64,000 nt of DNA from Escherichia coli (GTDB lineage Bacteria > Pseudomonadota > Gammaproteobacteria > Enterobacterales > Enterobacteriaceae). The stretch is from assembly GCF_003334335.1 (NCBI RefSeq), contig NZ_QOWQ01000021.1; one strand, given 5' to 3'. Both the position numbers and the translations under genes were made by a program. Positions 28,434-48,240 of this stretch are shown here, one piece after another; positions within the stretch are counted from its first letter, which is position 1; each line of letters begins with the position of its first letter. The notes beneath the pieces were generated by a model, which ran no database searches, was not told where the DNA came from, and worked only from the letters and a program-made list of their open reading frames with translations.

Positions 28434-30511
28434 TATTTGCCGCCAATTGTCGCCGTCATGCGGATATGTCGGTTATCAGACAGTTCCAGATTCGACAGGA
28501 CCACTAACTGCGGCAAGCTGCGGCGCAGGAAGCGAGACAATAATGGTCGCAGCGCGTGGTTCACCAACAATACTGGCGGCGCACCCAGCATCTCCTGACG
28601 GGATAGCGCTTCCTGAGTTTGCGCCAGTAAACGATCCGCCAGCCCTGGCTCCAGTCCTCCCCCGCCCTGCAGCGCCTGTAGTAACAAACGTTCCAGCGGT
28701 GTATCGAGGCCAATAACATGGACTTCATCTTTGCCAGGAAACCACTGCTGGGTAATCGCCCGTCCCAACGCCACGCGCACGACGGCGGTTAATTCATGTG
28801 GATCGCTTTGGATGGGCGCATGTTCCGCCAGCGTTTCGAGAATGGTGCGCATATCGCGAATCGGTACTTTTTCATCGAGGAGATTTTGCAGCACTTTATG
28901 CAGTGTGGTGAGCGTGACGACGCCAGGAACGAGATCTTCCGTCAGCTTTGGCATCTCCTGGGCGACGCGATCCAACAGCTGTTGCGCCTCCTGACGACCA
29001 AACAGCTCTGCGGCATGCTGGCTAATGAGGTGGTTAAGATGCGTTGCTACCACCGTGCTGGCCTCAACCACTGTGTACCCCTGAATCTGCGCCTGTTCTT
29101 TTAGCGCACTTTCAATCCAGATAGCATTCAGGCCAAATGCCGGATCGACGGTCGCCTCACCAGGTAACGTCCCGGCAGCGGTTCCAGGGTTAATCGCCAG
29201 CCAGCGCCCCGGATAAGCATCACCACTGCCAATCTCCACGCCTTTCATCAAAATGCGATAGCGGGCAGGTTGCAGATCCATATTGTCGCGAATGTGCACC
29301 ACTGGCGGCAGAAATCCCATCTCCTGGGCAAATTTCTTGCGGATACTGCGTATACGGCCCAACAACTCACCATCCTGCTGGAAATCGACCATCGGGATCA
29401 GTCGATAACCCACTTCCATTCCCAGAGAATCTTCCAGTTGTACATCGTTCCACGTCGCTTCGACAACGGTATTATTCTCTGCCATTTTTACCGGTTTGGG
29501 TTCGGCAGGCGCTTTTTGTTCGCGTCCGCGTATCCACCAGGCCAGCCCCAGCAATCCGGCAGTGAACAGCAAAAATACCAGGTTCGGCATTCCAGGCACC
29601 AGGCCGAGTAAACCGAGCACGGCGGCGCTTAACAACATAACGCTTGGGTTACTGAAAAGCTGATTCACCATCTGCTCGCCAACATCCTGATCGGTGCTGA
29701 CACGCGTAACGATGACCCCCGCGGCGGTAGAAATCACCAGCGCCGGAATTTGTGCCACCAGACCGTCGCCAATGGTCAATAGCGTATAACTTTCCGCCGC
29801 GTGTCCCATGCTCATGCCATGTTGCAGCACGCCGACCAGCAACCCGCCGACAACGTTAATGACCATGATGAGGATCCCGGCGATGGCATCGCCGCGAACA
29901 AACTTACTTGCCCCGTCCATTGAGCCGTAAAAATCGGCTTCCTGAGTCACTTCGGAGCGGCGTTTTTTCGCCTCATCTTCACCAATCAATCCAGCGTTAA
30001 GGTCGGCGTCAATCGCCATCTGCTTACCCGGCATACCATCGAGAACAAAGCGCGCACCCACTTCTGCGATACGCCCGGCACCTTTGGTAATGACCATAAA
30101 GTTGATGATCACGAGAATGACAAACACCACGATACCGATAGCGAAATTGCCACCAACGAGGAAGTGACCGAACGCTTCGACCACCTTCCCAGCCGCCGCC
30201 GCGCCGGTATGCCCTTCCATCAAAATGATACGGGTTGAAGCCACGTTAAGTGCCAGACGCAACAACGTAGTAAACAACAGAATGGTCGGAAACGCAGCAA
30301 ACTCAAGCGTGCGCTGGGTAAACATCGCCACCAGCAACACCATGATCGACAAGGCAATATTGAAGGTAAACAACAGGTCGAGTATGAATGCGGGCAGTGG
30401 CAGCACCATCATCGACAAGATCAACAGGATCAAAATCGGTCCGGCAAGGATCTGCCATTGTGTCGATTTCAGGTTTGCGGGCAGGCGCAGCATCGCGGCC
30501 AGATTACTCAT
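28433..30511 (-). CDS. flhA: Flagellar export apparatus protein FlhA
   Basis: 692 aa from MSNLAAMLRLPANLKSTQWQ. The ORF track adds 25 upstream codons. Confidence 0.97.
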   Translation of the reverse strand: MSNLAAMLRLPANLKSTQWQILAGPILILLILSMMVLPLPAFILDLLFTFNIALSIMVLLVAMFTQRTLEFAAFPTILLFTTLLRLALNVASTRIILMEGHTGAAAAGKVVEAFGHFLVGGNFAIGIVVFVILVIINFMVITKGAGRIAEVGARFVLDGMPGKQMAIDADLNAGLIGEDEAKKRRSEVTQEADFYGSMDGASKFVRGDAIAGILIMVINVVGGLLVGVLQHGMSMGHAAESYTLLTIGDGLVAQIPALVISTAAGVIVTRVSTDQDVGEQMVNQLFSNPSVMLLSAAVLGLLGLVPGMPNLVFLLFTAGLLGLAWWIRGREQKAPAEPKPVKMAENNTVVEATWNDVQLEDSLGMEVGYRLIPMVDFQQDGELLGRIRSIRKKFAQEMGFLPPVVHIRDNMDLQPARYRILMKGVEIGSGDAYPGRWLAINPGTAAGTLPGEATVDPAFGLNAIWIESALKEQAQIQGYTVVEASTVVATHLNHLISQHAAELFGRQEAQQLLDRVAQEMPKLTEDLVPGVVTLTTLHKVLQNLLDEKVPIRDMRTILETLAEHAPIQSDPHELTAVVRVALGRAITQQWFPGKDEVHVIGLDTPLERLLLQALQGGGGLEPGLADRLLAQTQEALSRQEMLGAPPVLLVNHALRPLLSRFLRRSLPQLVVLSNLELSDNRHIRMTATIGGK

Positions 30512-31652
30512 GGGTCGGTTTCTCGTTAATAAAATCCAGGGCTTCCGGCACCGGAAGATGAGTAGGTTGTACAGGGCGCTGTCCACCAGCCAGACGCCAG
30601 CGTTTCAGTTGCCAGACCCAGGCCAGCACTTCCGCCACCGCGGCGTACAGTTGACCCGGGATTTGTTGACCAATCTCCGCATGTCGATACAGCGCTCGCG
30701 CCAGCGGCGGCGCTTCAAGCGTCGGGACGTTATTTTCAGCGCCAATTTCACGAATGCGCAGCGCGACCAGCCCTGCACCTTTAGCGACCACTTTCGGTGC
30801 GCTCATTTTGTTTTCGTCATACTGCAACGCTACCGAATAGTGGGTCGGGTTATTGACAATGACATCCGCTTTCGGCACATCGGCCATCATCCGACGCCGT
30901 GCGGCAGCTCGCTGCATCTGACGGATCCGTCCTTTAACATGGGGGTCGCCTTCGCTTTGTTTGAACTCATCACGAATATCCTGCCGCGACATTCGCAGCT
31001 TTTTCAGGTGGCTGAATATTTGGAAAAAGACGTCAAATCCCACCATTGGAATGACACCAAGCACCACCAGCAGTGCGCATAGCCCTACCAAATCCATCGC
31101 ATTACCCATGGCGGTAATCGGAGACTCGGCCATTAAGCGCATCATCTGCGGCCAGTGATGCCAGAGATAAAACCCCGTCACGCTGCCAACCAGGATGTTT
31201 TTCAAAATTGCTTTAAGCAACTCCGCGCCAGTCTGAGCCGAGAACATCCGTTTAATGCCCGGTAGCGGGTTGAGTTTGGAAAACTTCGGCTGCAAGGATT
31301 TGCCGCTAAATACCAGCCCTCCCAGCATGACCGGAGAAATGAGCGCCACCAGCACCACGCCGCTAATCAGCGGCAGCAGCGCCAGCATGGCTTCTCTGAT
31401 CAGCAGAATAATCTGCCCGAGGATCAGATTCGGGTCATTGATAATACTGTGATCAAAATGCAGCCCAGCGGAGAGCATGCCCGACAATCGACGGGCCAGC
31501 GACACACCGCCAAACCAGATAACACTAACGCCCACCAGCAAAATCAGCAGTGAGGTCAGTTCACGGGAACGCGGGATTTGCCCCTCTTCCCGCGCTTTTT
31601 CTAGTCGGTGAGGTGTGGGGGCTTCTGTTTTGTCGTCGCTCTCGTCAGACAC
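30504..31652 (-). CDS. flhB: Flagellar export switch protein FlhB
   Basis: 382 aa, MSDESDDKTEAPTPHRLEKAREEGQIPRSREL; NPTH autocleavage site present. Confidence 0.97.
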   Translation of the reverse strand: MSDESDDKTEAPTPHRLEKAREEGQIPRSRELTSLLILLVGVSVIWFGGVSLARRLSGMLSAGLHFDHSIINDPNLILGQIILLIREAMLALLPLISGVVLVALISPVMLGGLVFSGKSLQPKFSKLNPLPGIKRMFSAQTGAELLKAILKNILVGSVTGFYLWHHWPQMMRLMAESPITAMGNAMDLVGLCALLVVLGVIPMVGFDVFFQIFSHLKKLRMSRQDIRDEFKQSEGDPHVKGRIRQMQRAAARRRMMADVPKADVIVNNPTHYSVALQYDENKMSAPKVVAKGAGLVALRIREIGAENNVPTLEAPPLARALYRHAEIGQQIPGQLYAAVAEVLAWVWQLKRWRLAGGQRPVQPTHLPVPEALDFINEKPTHE

Positions 31653-31782
31653 GTCGCCAATCCTGGAAAGAGTATTAAGCGTGAATGATGCCAGAGCGCA
31701 AAGCGTTCAATGGTTTGAGTAAGGGGCAAAACAGGCGGGATTTAGGGCTTTTGCTGCCACACATCAAGCATAGTGTGCGTTT

Positions 31783-31845
31783 GTCGGATGCGGCGTCATC
31801 GCCTTATCAGACCGCCTGATATGACGTGGTCACGCCACATCAGGC
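31783..31845. repeat. REP elements between flhB and cheZ
   Basis: GTCGGATGCGGCGTCATCGCCTTATCAGACC and GCCTGATATGACGTGGTCACGCCACATCAGGC. Confidence 0.75.
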
Positions 31846-31853
31846 AATACAAA

Positions 31854-32498
31854 TCAAAATCCAAGACTATCCAACAAATCGTCCACCTGATCCTGACTGG
31901 CTACCACGCCGGCTTTGCTGGTATCGACCTGAGGTCCATTAAGCAAACTCTGGTTTTCACGTTTTGGACGCGACTCCTGTTCCGGGATGTTTTCCAACAG
32001 CACCATCAGCAACTGGCGTTCGATCTCCTGAATGACATCCATCATCCGCTTAATGACCTGCCCGGTGAGATCCTGAAAATCCTGCGCCATCATGATTTCC
32101 AGCAGTTGCGCGTTAGTAAAGCTGGTATGCGCGGGTACATCTGCCAGAAATTGTCGTGTATCTGTTACCAGTTCACGGGCGTCGGCAAGGTCAATCGGAT
32201 CGGCAAACCAGTCATCCCAACGTTGGGTTAACGCTTTTGCTGATTTCTCCATTTGATCCTGATGCGGTTGTGACGCCTCAACACTGTTCAGCGCCCGCTC
32301 CGCAGCCTGGGCGGTCATCTGCACAACATAGTACAAACGATCGCGCGCATCGGGGATGGCTTCCGCCGCTTCGGCAATGGCCTGATCCAGCCCCAGTTCC
32401 CGCAAACTGTCGCGCAGCATACGCGTCAGGCTGCCGATGCGCGCAATGATATCGCCAGCTGAATGCTCGTCAGCAGGTTTGATTGATGGTTGCATCAT
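31854..32498 (-). CDS. cheZ: CheY-P phosphatase CheZ
   Basis: 214 aa from [22 protein letters not shown]. Confidence 0.97.
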
Positions 32499-32508
32499 AG
32501 TCGCATCC

Positions 32509-33962
<1,454 letters not shown>

Positions 33963-33964
33963 CG

Positions 33965-34825
33965 TTAATCCTTACTTAGCGCATACACCGTCTGACCACG
34001 CAGCGTGAAGCGGCGCTCAAGGTGGCTAAAGTTTTCAGAGTGACCCGCAAACAGCAATCCGTCGGGTTTAAGGAGCGGAACAAAGCGGCGCAAAATCTCC
34101 TGCTGGGTATTTTGATCGAAGTAGATCATGACGTTACGACAGAAGATCGCATCAAACGGCCCCGGCACGGTGTACTGTTTCTCCAGTAGATTCAGCGGGG
34201 CAAAATCAACATAGTTCGCCAGCTCCTGACGCACGCGTACCAGCCCTTCATGCGGTCCCGTCCCTCGCATGAAATACCGTTGCAGTTGCTGCGGCGTCAG
34301 GTTTTTCAACTCTTCATGGCGATAAATACCGCTTCTGGCTTTTTCCAGCACTTCGGTGTCGATATCACTGGCAAACACTTTCCAGCGTCCGGGCGCGGTG
34401 CCCAATGTGTCAGCCAGCGTCATCGCAATGCTGTACGGCTCTTCGCCGGTCGAAGCCGCCGCGCTCCATACGCGATACTCGCCAGAACGGCGACGTGCGT
34501 GATCCGCGAGCAGAGGGAAATGGTGTGCCTCACGGAAAAATGCCGTCAGATTCGTGGTCAGCGAATTGATAAACGCCTGCCACTCACCGCTGTGCTGATT
34601 AGATTCCAGCAAGTTCAGATAATGACCGAAATCCGTCAGTCCCAGCGAACGCAAACGACGAACCAGTCGGTTGTAAACCATGTCGCGTTTATGGTCAGCC
34701 AGAACGATCCCGGCTCGTTGATAGATCAATTGACTTATCCGCCGAAAATGCGCGTCGGAAAGCGCCAGGCGCTCGGTCATCTGTAACAATAAAGACGTTT
34801 GCCCACAGGGCAGAGATGAAGTCAT
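33965..34825 (-). CDS. cheR: Chemoreceptor methyltransferase CheR
   Basis: 286 aa, [30 protein letters not shown]. Confidence 0.97.
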   Translation of the reverse strand: MTSSLPCGQTSLLLQMTERLALSDAHFRRISQLIYQRAGIVLADHKRDMVYNRLVRRLRSLGLTDFGHYLNLLESNQHSGEWQAFINSLTTNLTAFFREAHHFPLLADHARRRSGEYRVWSAAASTGEEPYSIAMTLADTLGTAPGRWKVFASDIDTEVLEKARSGIYRHEELKNLTPQQLQRYFMRGTGPHEGLVRVRQELANYVDFAPLNLLEKQYTVPGPFDAIFCRNVMIYFDQNTQQEILRRFVPLLKPDGLLFAGHSENFSHLERRFTLRGQTVYALSKD

Positions 34826-34843
34826 AGCGCCTTCTCAATCACT

Positions 34844-36445
34844 TCAGGATACCACTGGCGCAATTTGTAACTGCGCCGACTCATGTCGTGCTACTTCATG
34901 TTCTTCAAGGGTAAATACCGCCACACGCGACGAAAGATGGTCGGCCTGATTCGCCAGTTGTTCCGTTGCCACCGCCGCTTCTTCTACCAGCGAGGCGTTC
35001 TGCTGAGTCACCTGATCCATCTGGCTGACAGCCTGTGCAACCTGCTCAATCCCCCGCTGTTGTTCTTCCGACGCAGAGGCAATTTCTCCCATAATGTCGT
35101 TCACGCGGGTCACCGAACTGACAATATCGATCATGGTCGCGGCGGCGTTATTCACCAGTTTCGAACCCTGCTGGACACGATTGACTGACTCTTCGATCAG
35201 CCCTTTGATCTCTTTTGCTGCCTGCGCGCTACGGCTGGCAAGATTGCGCACTTCACCTGCCACTACCGCAAAACCACGCCCCTGCTCTCCGGCGCGAGCC
35301 GCTTCCACTGCCGCATTCAGGGCCAGAATATTGGTCTGGAAAGCAATTCCGTCGATAACGCTGATAATGTCGCCAATTTTTTGCGAGCTGGTGGCGATCT
35401 CCTGCATGGTGTGAGTCATGGTACTGACCTGAACACCGCCCGCCTGCGCCGTTGTCGCGGCATTTTTTGCCAGTTCCGACGCCTGTCGTGCGTTATCGGC
35501 GTTTTGCCCTACCGTGGCGGTTAATTGCTCCATACTGGCGGCCGTTTGTGCCAGCGATGCCGCCTGCTGTTCGGTACGACTTGAGAGATCGTTATTGCCT
35601 GCGACAATCTCCGCGATCCCAATGTGCATCTCATGGCTTCCCTTACGCACATCACTCACCGTCCCACGCAAAGCCTGCTGCATGGTCTTCAGGCTGGCAA
35701 AAATGGCGGTGATCTCATTACGACCATATACCGCAATCGGACGCGCCAGATTACCCGCAGCAATGCTGTCAAAATGGCTACCAATAATGGCCAGTGGTTG
35801 AACAATCATCTTGCGCGTCCACCACAGCGCACTGCTGATGTAGATTGCCGCAACAATAATCATGCTGATAAACACCAGCGCCGAAATCTGATAGTTACGC
35901 TGACTTTGCGCACTGGCGGCTTCCAGCACATGGTTGATCTCCAGCTGCCAGGCCTCAAAGTTAACGTCAAACGCATTCTGTGATCCCTGCACCGGCGCAG
36001 TGAGGAAATCCGAAAGTTGATTACTTTCAAGCCAGGTCGCCTGATGTTCGAGATCGTTGTGCCAGCGGGCAAAACTTTTCTCCGTCTCTTTTTGCAATGC
36101 CCTGACGTGCTCGTTGCCCGCAGTCATCGCCATAAAACTTTTAAACAGCGTGGTGGATTGCGTCAGACTGGCGCGCGCCGTCGTCATCAACGTTTTAATG
36201 TCATCCGCCGGATAGCTAAGTGCCGTCAGAGTGCCCGCTTTGTTCAGCGCGGTACTGGCCTGTAACATTACCGCCCGAGTTTGCGCTAATGCCGCACGTT
36301 GCTGATTGCTCTGCTCGACCTGATTCAGTCGTTGCAAATCGTCGCGAAATGCCCAAAAAGACATGCCGTTACTGCCAATCTGCAAGATCCCGCAGAGAAT
36401 CAAAATTAAAAACAGCGTGGTCGAAATTCGAATACGATTAAACAT
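34844..36445 (-). CDS. tap: Methyl-accepting chemotaxis protein IV (dipeptide/pyrimidine)
   Basis: 533 aa from MFNRIRISTTLFLILILCGILQ. Confidence 0.96.
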   Translation of the reverse strand: MFNRIRISTTLFLILILCGILQIGSNGMSFWAFRDDLQRLNQVEQSNQQRAALAQTRAVMLQASTALNKAGTLTALSYPADDIKTLMTTARASLTQSTTLFKSFMAMTAGNEHVRALQKETEKSFARWHNDLEHQATWLESNQLSDFLTAPVQGSQNAFDVNFEAWQLEINHVLEAASAQSQRNYQISALVFISMIIVAAIYISSALWWTRKMIVQPLAIIGSHFDSIAAGNLARPIAVYGRNEITAIFASLKTMQQALRGTVSDVRKGSHEMHIGIAEIVAGNNDLSSRTEQQAASLAQTAASMEQLTATVGQNADNARQASELAKNAATTAQAGGVQVSTMTHTMQEIATSSQKIGDIISVIDGIAFQTNILALNAAVEAARAGEQGRGFAVVAGEVRNLASRSAQAAKEIKGLIEESVNRVQQGSKLVNNAAATMIDIVSSVTRVNDIMGEIASASEEQQRGIEQVAQAVSQMDQVTQQNASLVEEAAVATEQLANQADHLSSRVAVFTLEEHEVARHESAQLQIAPVVS

Positions 36446-36490
36446 CAACGCTCCCCATCAGGCGGCAATGACCGCGTTAGTAAATACTCG

Positions 36491-38152
36491 TCAAAATGTT
36501 TCCCAGTTTGGATCTTGTTCAGCAATTCGCAGTCGTGGCTGTGCCGGTGGTTGCTCACTGGCAGGACGGGATGGTGTTTGCGGTTTATTGGTGAGTGGGC
36601 TGGCTGCCAGACGGAACGCGGAAACCGCTTGCGTTAAACGACTCGCCTGTTCTTCCAGCGCAGCGGCGGCGGCAGCTGATTCCTGCACCAGCGATGCGTT
36701 CTGTTGCGTGACGCGATCCATTTCCGAAACCGCCAATGCGACTTGATCGATGCCACGGCTCTGTTCATCCGATGCCGATGCAATCTCGCCCATAATGTCA
36801 GTCACGCGAGTGACAGCATTGACGATATTGTTCATTGTTTCCCCGGCGCTTTCGACCAGCACCGAACCGGTATCAACGCGTGAGACGGAGTCTTCAATGA
36901 GGGCTTTGATCTCTTTTGCCGCCTGGGCGCTGCGACTGGCAAGATTACGCACTTCACCCGCCACCACGGCAAAACCACGGCCCTGTTCACCCGCACGCGC
37001 GGCTTCAACCGCGGCATTCAGCGCGAGGATATTAGTCTGGAAGGCAATACCGTCGATAACGCTGATAATGTCGGCAATTTTCTTCGAACTATCGGCGATC
37101 TCATGCATCGTTTTCACTACGCCATCCACCACTTTGCCGCCGTGCTGGGCGGTGTCGGAGGCACTTTGCGCCAGTTGCGAGGCCTGGCGGGCGTTATCGG
37201 CGTTTTGCTTCACTGTCGCGGTGAGCTGCTCCATGCTGGCGGCAGTTTCTTCCAGCGCGGATGCCTGCTGTTCAGTACGGGAGGAAAGATCGGTGTTGCC
37301 CGCCGCAATTTCACGGGTACCGGCATAGATGGCATCTGAACCTTCGCGGACATGAGTGACGGTGTCAGTCAAAGAGCGTTGCATATGTGAAACGCTCTGC
37401 GCCAGGTCGCCCATTTCACTGCGCCCGTCAATGGTCAGGGTATTCGCCAGGTTACCACCGGCGATTTCGCGAATGTGAGCAATAATTTTTGCCAGCGGAG
37501 TAAGCAACATACGGCGAATGCCGTACCACGCCACCAGCAGAATCAATACCACCACCAGCGCGATAACCGCCAGTTGCCACTGGGCAAATCGGTAATCATC
37601 TGCGTTGTCAGTGACGATATCGCGATACAGTTTTTCACTGCTGAGGGCGTACTGAGCAAACGCTTCGCCCATTGCATTTTGCATTCCCTGGGTTGGCTGA
37701 GCGAAATAAGCTCCAGTATTGCCATAATCTAGATAATCAATCAGTTCAGTTAACGCTGTGTAATAGTTTTTATATTTTTCATCAATATTACGACTGGTAG
37801 CGACCATTTCAGGTAACGGTGCCATGCTTTTGAATTTTTTATAATGCGTCGCTGCCTGCGCCAATGTTTTCCTGGCGCTATCGAGCAATTCAACTTTGGC
37901 GTTACTTTGTTGATTGGAGGAATCCATCATCATCCGTACCGCTGAACGACTCAGGTTAATGCGCGTTTGCAGCATTAAATCCCAGGTTGACGTCAGCTCG
38001 CCCTGCTGTTCCCGTAATTGATTGGAAACCACAAAGCTCTTCTGGCTATGGTGAAGGGAAGAAAAAAACAGACTGCCGGAAATAAGCTGTAACAGTGCGA
38101 ATACCCCCAGCACCATTACCAACAGCGTGACTACGCGGATACGGTTAATCAT
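36491..38152 (-). CDS. tar: Methyl-accepting chemotaxis protein II (aspartate/maltose)
   Basis: 553 aa from [22 protein letters not shown]; C-terminal NWETF pentapeptide. Confidence 0.97.
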   Translation of the reverse strand: MINRIRVVTLLVMVLGVFALLQLISGSLFFSSLHHSQKSFVVSNQLREQQGELTSTWDLMLQTRINLSRSAVRMMMDSSNQQSNAKVELLDSARKTLAQAATHYKKFKSMAPLPEMVATSRNIDEKYKNYYTALTELIDYLDYGNTGAYFAQPTQGMQNAMGEAFAQYALSSEKLYRDIVTDNADDYRFAQWQLAVIALVVVLILLVAWYGIRRMLLTPLAKIIAHIREIAGGNLANTLTIDGRSEMGDLAQSVSHMQRSLTDTVTHVREGSDAIYAGTREIAAGNTDLSSRTEQQASALEETAASMEQLTATVKQNADNARQASQLAQSASDTAQHGGKVVDGVVKTMHEIADSSKKIADIISVIDGIAFQTNILALNAAVEAARAGEQGRGFAVVAGEVRNLASRSAQAAKEIKALIEDSVSRVDTGSVLVESAGETMNNIVNAVTRVTDIMGEIASASDEQSRGIDQVALAVSEMDRVTQQNASLVQESAAAAAALEEQASRLTQAVSAFRLAASPLTNKPQTPSRPASEQPPAQPRLRIAEQDPNWETF

Positions 38153-38296
38153 AAGGCACCTTCCTGAAAACAAGTTGATCTCGTTATCGGCAAGAAGGGG
38201 GGAAACTTTATTGCTGATGCCACCCGCCGCGAAATTGAAATAAAAAACCCGATGCGCAGATCATCGGGTTCATTTCAATTGAGGAAATCGGGAGAA

Positions 38297-38800
38297 TTAC
38301 GCCACTTCTGACGCCGCGCTATCTAACAGCGCCATCTCTTCGCTGTTCAGCAGTTTTTCGATGTTCACCAGAATCAACATACGGTCGCCCAGTGCGCCCA
38401 GTCCAGTGAGATATTCTGTTGAAAGCGTCACGGCAAATTCTGGTGCCGGACGAATTTGCTCCGCCGTCAATGAAAGCACGTCTGAAACGCCGTCAACCAC
38501 GATGCCAACCACCCGTTGTCCGAGATTCAGGACGATAACTACCGTGTTGTCGTTATAGTCCACATCCACCTGGCTGAACTTAATTCGTAAGTCAACAATC
38601 GGCACAATAACCCCGCGCAGATTCGTGACGCCTTTGATAAACGCTGGCGTGTTCGCAATCCGTGTTACCTGATCGTAGCCACGGATCTCCTGCACTTTCA
38701 GGATATCAATACCGTACTCTTCATCACCAAGGGTAAATACCAGAAATTCCTGGCCTGACGGCTCGCTGGCCAGCTTTGTTACATTCGTCATACCGGTCAT
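38297..38800 (-). CDS. cheW: Chemotaxis coupling protein CheW
   Basis: 167 aa, [42 protein letters not shown]. Confidence 0.98.
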
Positions 38801-38820
38801 ATTGTTACCTTTTTACTCAT

Positions 38821-41712
<2,892 letters not shown>

Positions 41713-41716
<4 letters not shown>

Positions 41717-42600
41717 GCTTCCTCGGTTGTCGTCTGTTGTTGCGGATTTTTCACCGCACGCACATGCTCTTCCAGTTCAATAAACGACGGACGTTCGCTG
41801 GAATAGAGCGTTTTGCGACCAAACTCAACGGCGATAGGCGGTGCGTAACCGTTCAGATTAGAAAGCAGAGTGACTTTGACGCACTGCATCATTTTGCTGG
41901 TTTCGGCGCTTTTCTGACGTAAAACACTCGCTAATGGGGAAATAAATCCGTAAGCCAATAAAATGCCGAGGAAAGTCCCCACCATCGCATGTGCGATAAG
42001 CGCACCCAGCTCGGCGGCAGGACGATCGGCTGAACCTAACGCGTGAACGACCCCCATTACAGCCGCGACAATACCAAACGCCGGAAGTGAGTCCCCGACC
42101 AGCGCCAGACTGTTCGCCGGGACTTCTGCCTCGCTTTCGTGCGTCTCAATCTCTTCATCCATCAGGGCTTCGATTTCGAAGGTGTTCATATGACCGCTGA
42201 TAATCAGACGCAGATAATCGACGATAAAATCAAGCATGACGCTATCCGCGAGGATGCGTGGGTAGCTGGCGAAGATCTCGCTCTCACGGGGATTTTCAAT
42301 ATCACGTTCCAGCGAAAACATCCCCATCTGCCGCGATTTCGCCATCAACCGATAAAGCAGAGCCAGCAGATCCATATACATTGCTTTGGTGTATTTGGAG
42401 CGACGAAACAGCAACGGCAGCGCCTTCAGCGTGCCTTTAATCGCTTTGCCATTATTGCCGACGATAAACGACCCAATCCCTGCACCGGCAATAATCACCA
42501 GTTCAGCGGGTTGATAGAGTGCTCCAAGGCTTCCACCGGTCATCAAATAACCGCCGAAAACTGTACCGAGAACAACCAGGTAACCTAATAAGATAAGCAC
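41713..42600 (-). CDS. motA: Flagellar stator protein MotA
   Basis: 295 aa, [31 protein letters not shown]. Confidence 0.97.
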
Positions 42601-42726
42601 GACATCATCCTTCCACTGTTGACCATGACAGGATGTTCAGTCGTCAGGCGTTAACGCGCGATTGGGGCAAAAAAAAGCAGCGGTACGTCGTTACCGCTGC
42701 TGGAATGTTGCGCCTCACCGTATCAG

Positions 42727-43305
42727 TTAAACAGCCTGTACTCTCTGTTCATCCAGCAGTTGTGGGATAATATCGGCAGGATTCTGGGAAAGTTTACGTC
42801 TTTTTACTGCCCGGGATGGCGGTTGACATAAGCTGCAGGCAAAGCTGCCAACAGGCTGGTGAGCGTGGGTAATAAAATTGCCGCCGCAGCAGTTGCAGCT
42901 GGAAAGTTGCAGTAATCCACTTTCAACAAACCGCACCAATGTCCAGGCACGGGTTAATGCCAGCAGTGGTCCTTCTTCTGCTTGTGGGCACTGTTCAAGG
43001 TATAAACGGTAGGCTTTGATCACCGCATCGACGCCATTACACAAACCGGTTTTCAGTAAAAACTGCCATGCATTACAGAACATCGAAGCATGAACGTTTT
43101 GTTCCCAGGTCATAAACCAGTCGGTTGAGAATGGCAGCATGCCTTTCGGCGGTGGGCTTCCGCGCAGTTCTTTATAAAGTTTTATCAGGCGTCCGCGACT
43201 TAACTGTGTTTCGCTTTCCAGCATCTGCAAACGAGCGCCCAGGGTGATCAATTCCATTGCCAGCTGAATATCCCGCGCTTCCTGAACAATGCTTTTTTCA
43301 CTCAT
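42727..43305 (-). CDS. flhC: Flagellar master regulator FlhC
   Basis: 192 aa, [33 protein letters not shown]. Confidence 0.97.
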
Positions 43306-43307
43306 GA

Positions 43308-43658
43308 TCAGGCCCTTTTCTTGCGCAGCGCTTCTTCAGGCTGATTAACATCATTCAGCAAGCGTGTTGAGAGCATGATGCCGGTATGAATTTGCTGGAG
43401 ATCGTCAACGCGGGAATCTTGCGTCAACTGAGTAATCGTCTGGTGGCTGTCAAAACGGAAGTGACAAACCAGTTGATTGGTTTCTGCCAGCTTAACCATT
43501 TGCGGAAGAGTCAGTGCCGCTAACGTTGTCGCCATTTCTTCATTTATGCCGAGACGAAACATAGCGGACGCTTTGTCCTGAACAATCAAACGCTGTGCAA
43601 GTAGTAAATATGACAAGTTGATGTCATAAATGTGTTTCAGCAACTCGGAGGTATGCAT
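43308..43658 (-). CDS. flhD: Flagellar master regulator FlhD
   Basis: 116 aa from [25 protein letters not shown]. The ORF track adds 3 codons. Confidence 0.96.
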
Positions 43659-43667
43659 TATTCCCAC

Positions 43668-44438
43668 CCAGAATAACCAACTTTATTTTTATGCGGTTTC
43701 ACCGCACCCCGTGATGTCGCCGGGAAGCCCCGGTAAAAAATAATTAGCATTAGAATAGTTGCGATAAGCTGCAATAAGCAGAACCACCTTTTTTGGTTTA
43801 ATATGTCCTTACAAATAGAAATGGGTCTTTACACTTATCTAAGATTTTTCCTAAATCGACGCAACTGTACTCGTCACTACACGCACATACAACGGAGGGG
43901 GGCTGCGATTTTCAATAATGTGTGATGCAGATCACACAAAACACTCAATTACTTAACATAAATGTATAAGTCATACTTTTGTTTTGGGTGTATTTCAATC
44001 TGTTAAAAAGTTTTTCGCTACGCTAGCAAGCAAAAATGAAACAGGAATAATCGAAATGGGATGCTGCGCACAGTTAAAATAACTCACCGTAAATAATCAT
44101 CTGCTATAAATAATCACTTTCATGCAATACCAGATAAGCTATTTTTAAACAGACACTTACCGCACAACAAACTAATTAAATACAAAGAAAGGCAACAATC
44201 AACTTAATGTTAATGAAATGTTTTACATATATTAACCACTTATTTAATGCGGAGAATCAGTACACTATTTTCTTATAATTACATTTGAAATTATATGATC
44301 ACCGGGAGTGATTGATTAATTGTCTTTACTAATAATCAGACTAATATTTACCTGTTTGACCGAGTTGGGATTGCGTCGTTTCTCCATTAGGAGTAAAGCT
44401 TTAATGTCACCTGAAGTTCACAGAATAAGGAACAGGTT
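43668..44438. promoter_or_regulatory. flhDC promoter/regulatory region and uspC upstream region
   Basis: AT-rich 770-bp intergenic region upstream of flhD. No transposase ORF or IS terminal repeats seen. Confidence 0.6.
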
Positions 44439-44867
44439 ATGAGCTATAGCAATATTCTTGTCGCTGTTGCGGTTACACCGGAAAGTCAGCAACTGCTGGC
44501 AAAAGCGGTATCTATCGCCAGGCCAGTAAAGGGACACATCAGTTTAATTACTCTCGCTTCCGACCCGGAAATGTACAATCAATTAGCCGCGCCGATGCTT
44601 GAAGATTTACGCAGCGTGATGCAAGAAGAAACGCAAAGCTTTCTTGATAAGTTAATTCAGGATGCGGGGTATCCCGTTGACAAGACGTTTATTGCCTACG
44701 GTGAGTTAAGCGAACATATTCTGGAAGTATGTCACAAACATCATTTCGATTTGGTGATTTGCGGTAATCACAATCACAGTTTCTTTTCGCGAGCATCCTG
44801 CTCGGCGAAAAGAGTGATTGCCTCAAGTGAGGTCGATGTGCTGTTAGTTCCACTTACGGGTGATTAA
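44439..44867 (+). CDS. uspC: Universal stress protein C
   Basis: 142 aa, MSYSNILVAVAVTPESQQLLAKAVSIARPV. Confidence 0.95.
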   Translation: MSYSNILVAVAVTPESQQLLAKAVSIARPVKGHISLITLASDPEMYNQLAAPMLEDLRSVMQEETQSFLDKLIQDAGYPVDKTFIAYGELSEHILEVCHKHHFDLVICGNHNHSFFSRASCSAKRVIASSEVDVLLVPLTGD

Positions 44868-44873
44868 CCGCTC

Positions 44874-48226
<3,353 letters not shown>

Positions 48227-48240
48227 CATACTCTCCTTAC

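Noticed and set aside
28433-30586. N-terminally extended ORF-track models (flhA, and likewise cheA, cheZ, tar, torZ, otsB, araG, araF, ftnA, yecN, P2-like int)
   Set aside because: The extensions come from taking the longest ORF. The canonical starts, known from the K-12 proteins and supported by RBS positions, were used instead. They are not novel isoforms.
30225-31082. 285-aa plus-strand ORF across the flhA/flhB junction
   Set aside because: It is antisense to two well-identified flagellar genes. Shadow ORF.
34900-37330. Long near-repeat between 34.9-35.4 kb and 36.7-37.3 kb
   Set aside because: These are the conserved cytoplasmic signalling domains of the paralogous chemoreceptors tap and tar, not a mobile or engineered repeat.
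43668-44438. Looked for an IS element upstream of flhD, as found in some K-12 lineages
   Set aside because: There is no transposase ORF or terminal inverted repeats. It is an ordinary AT-rich flhDC regulatory region.
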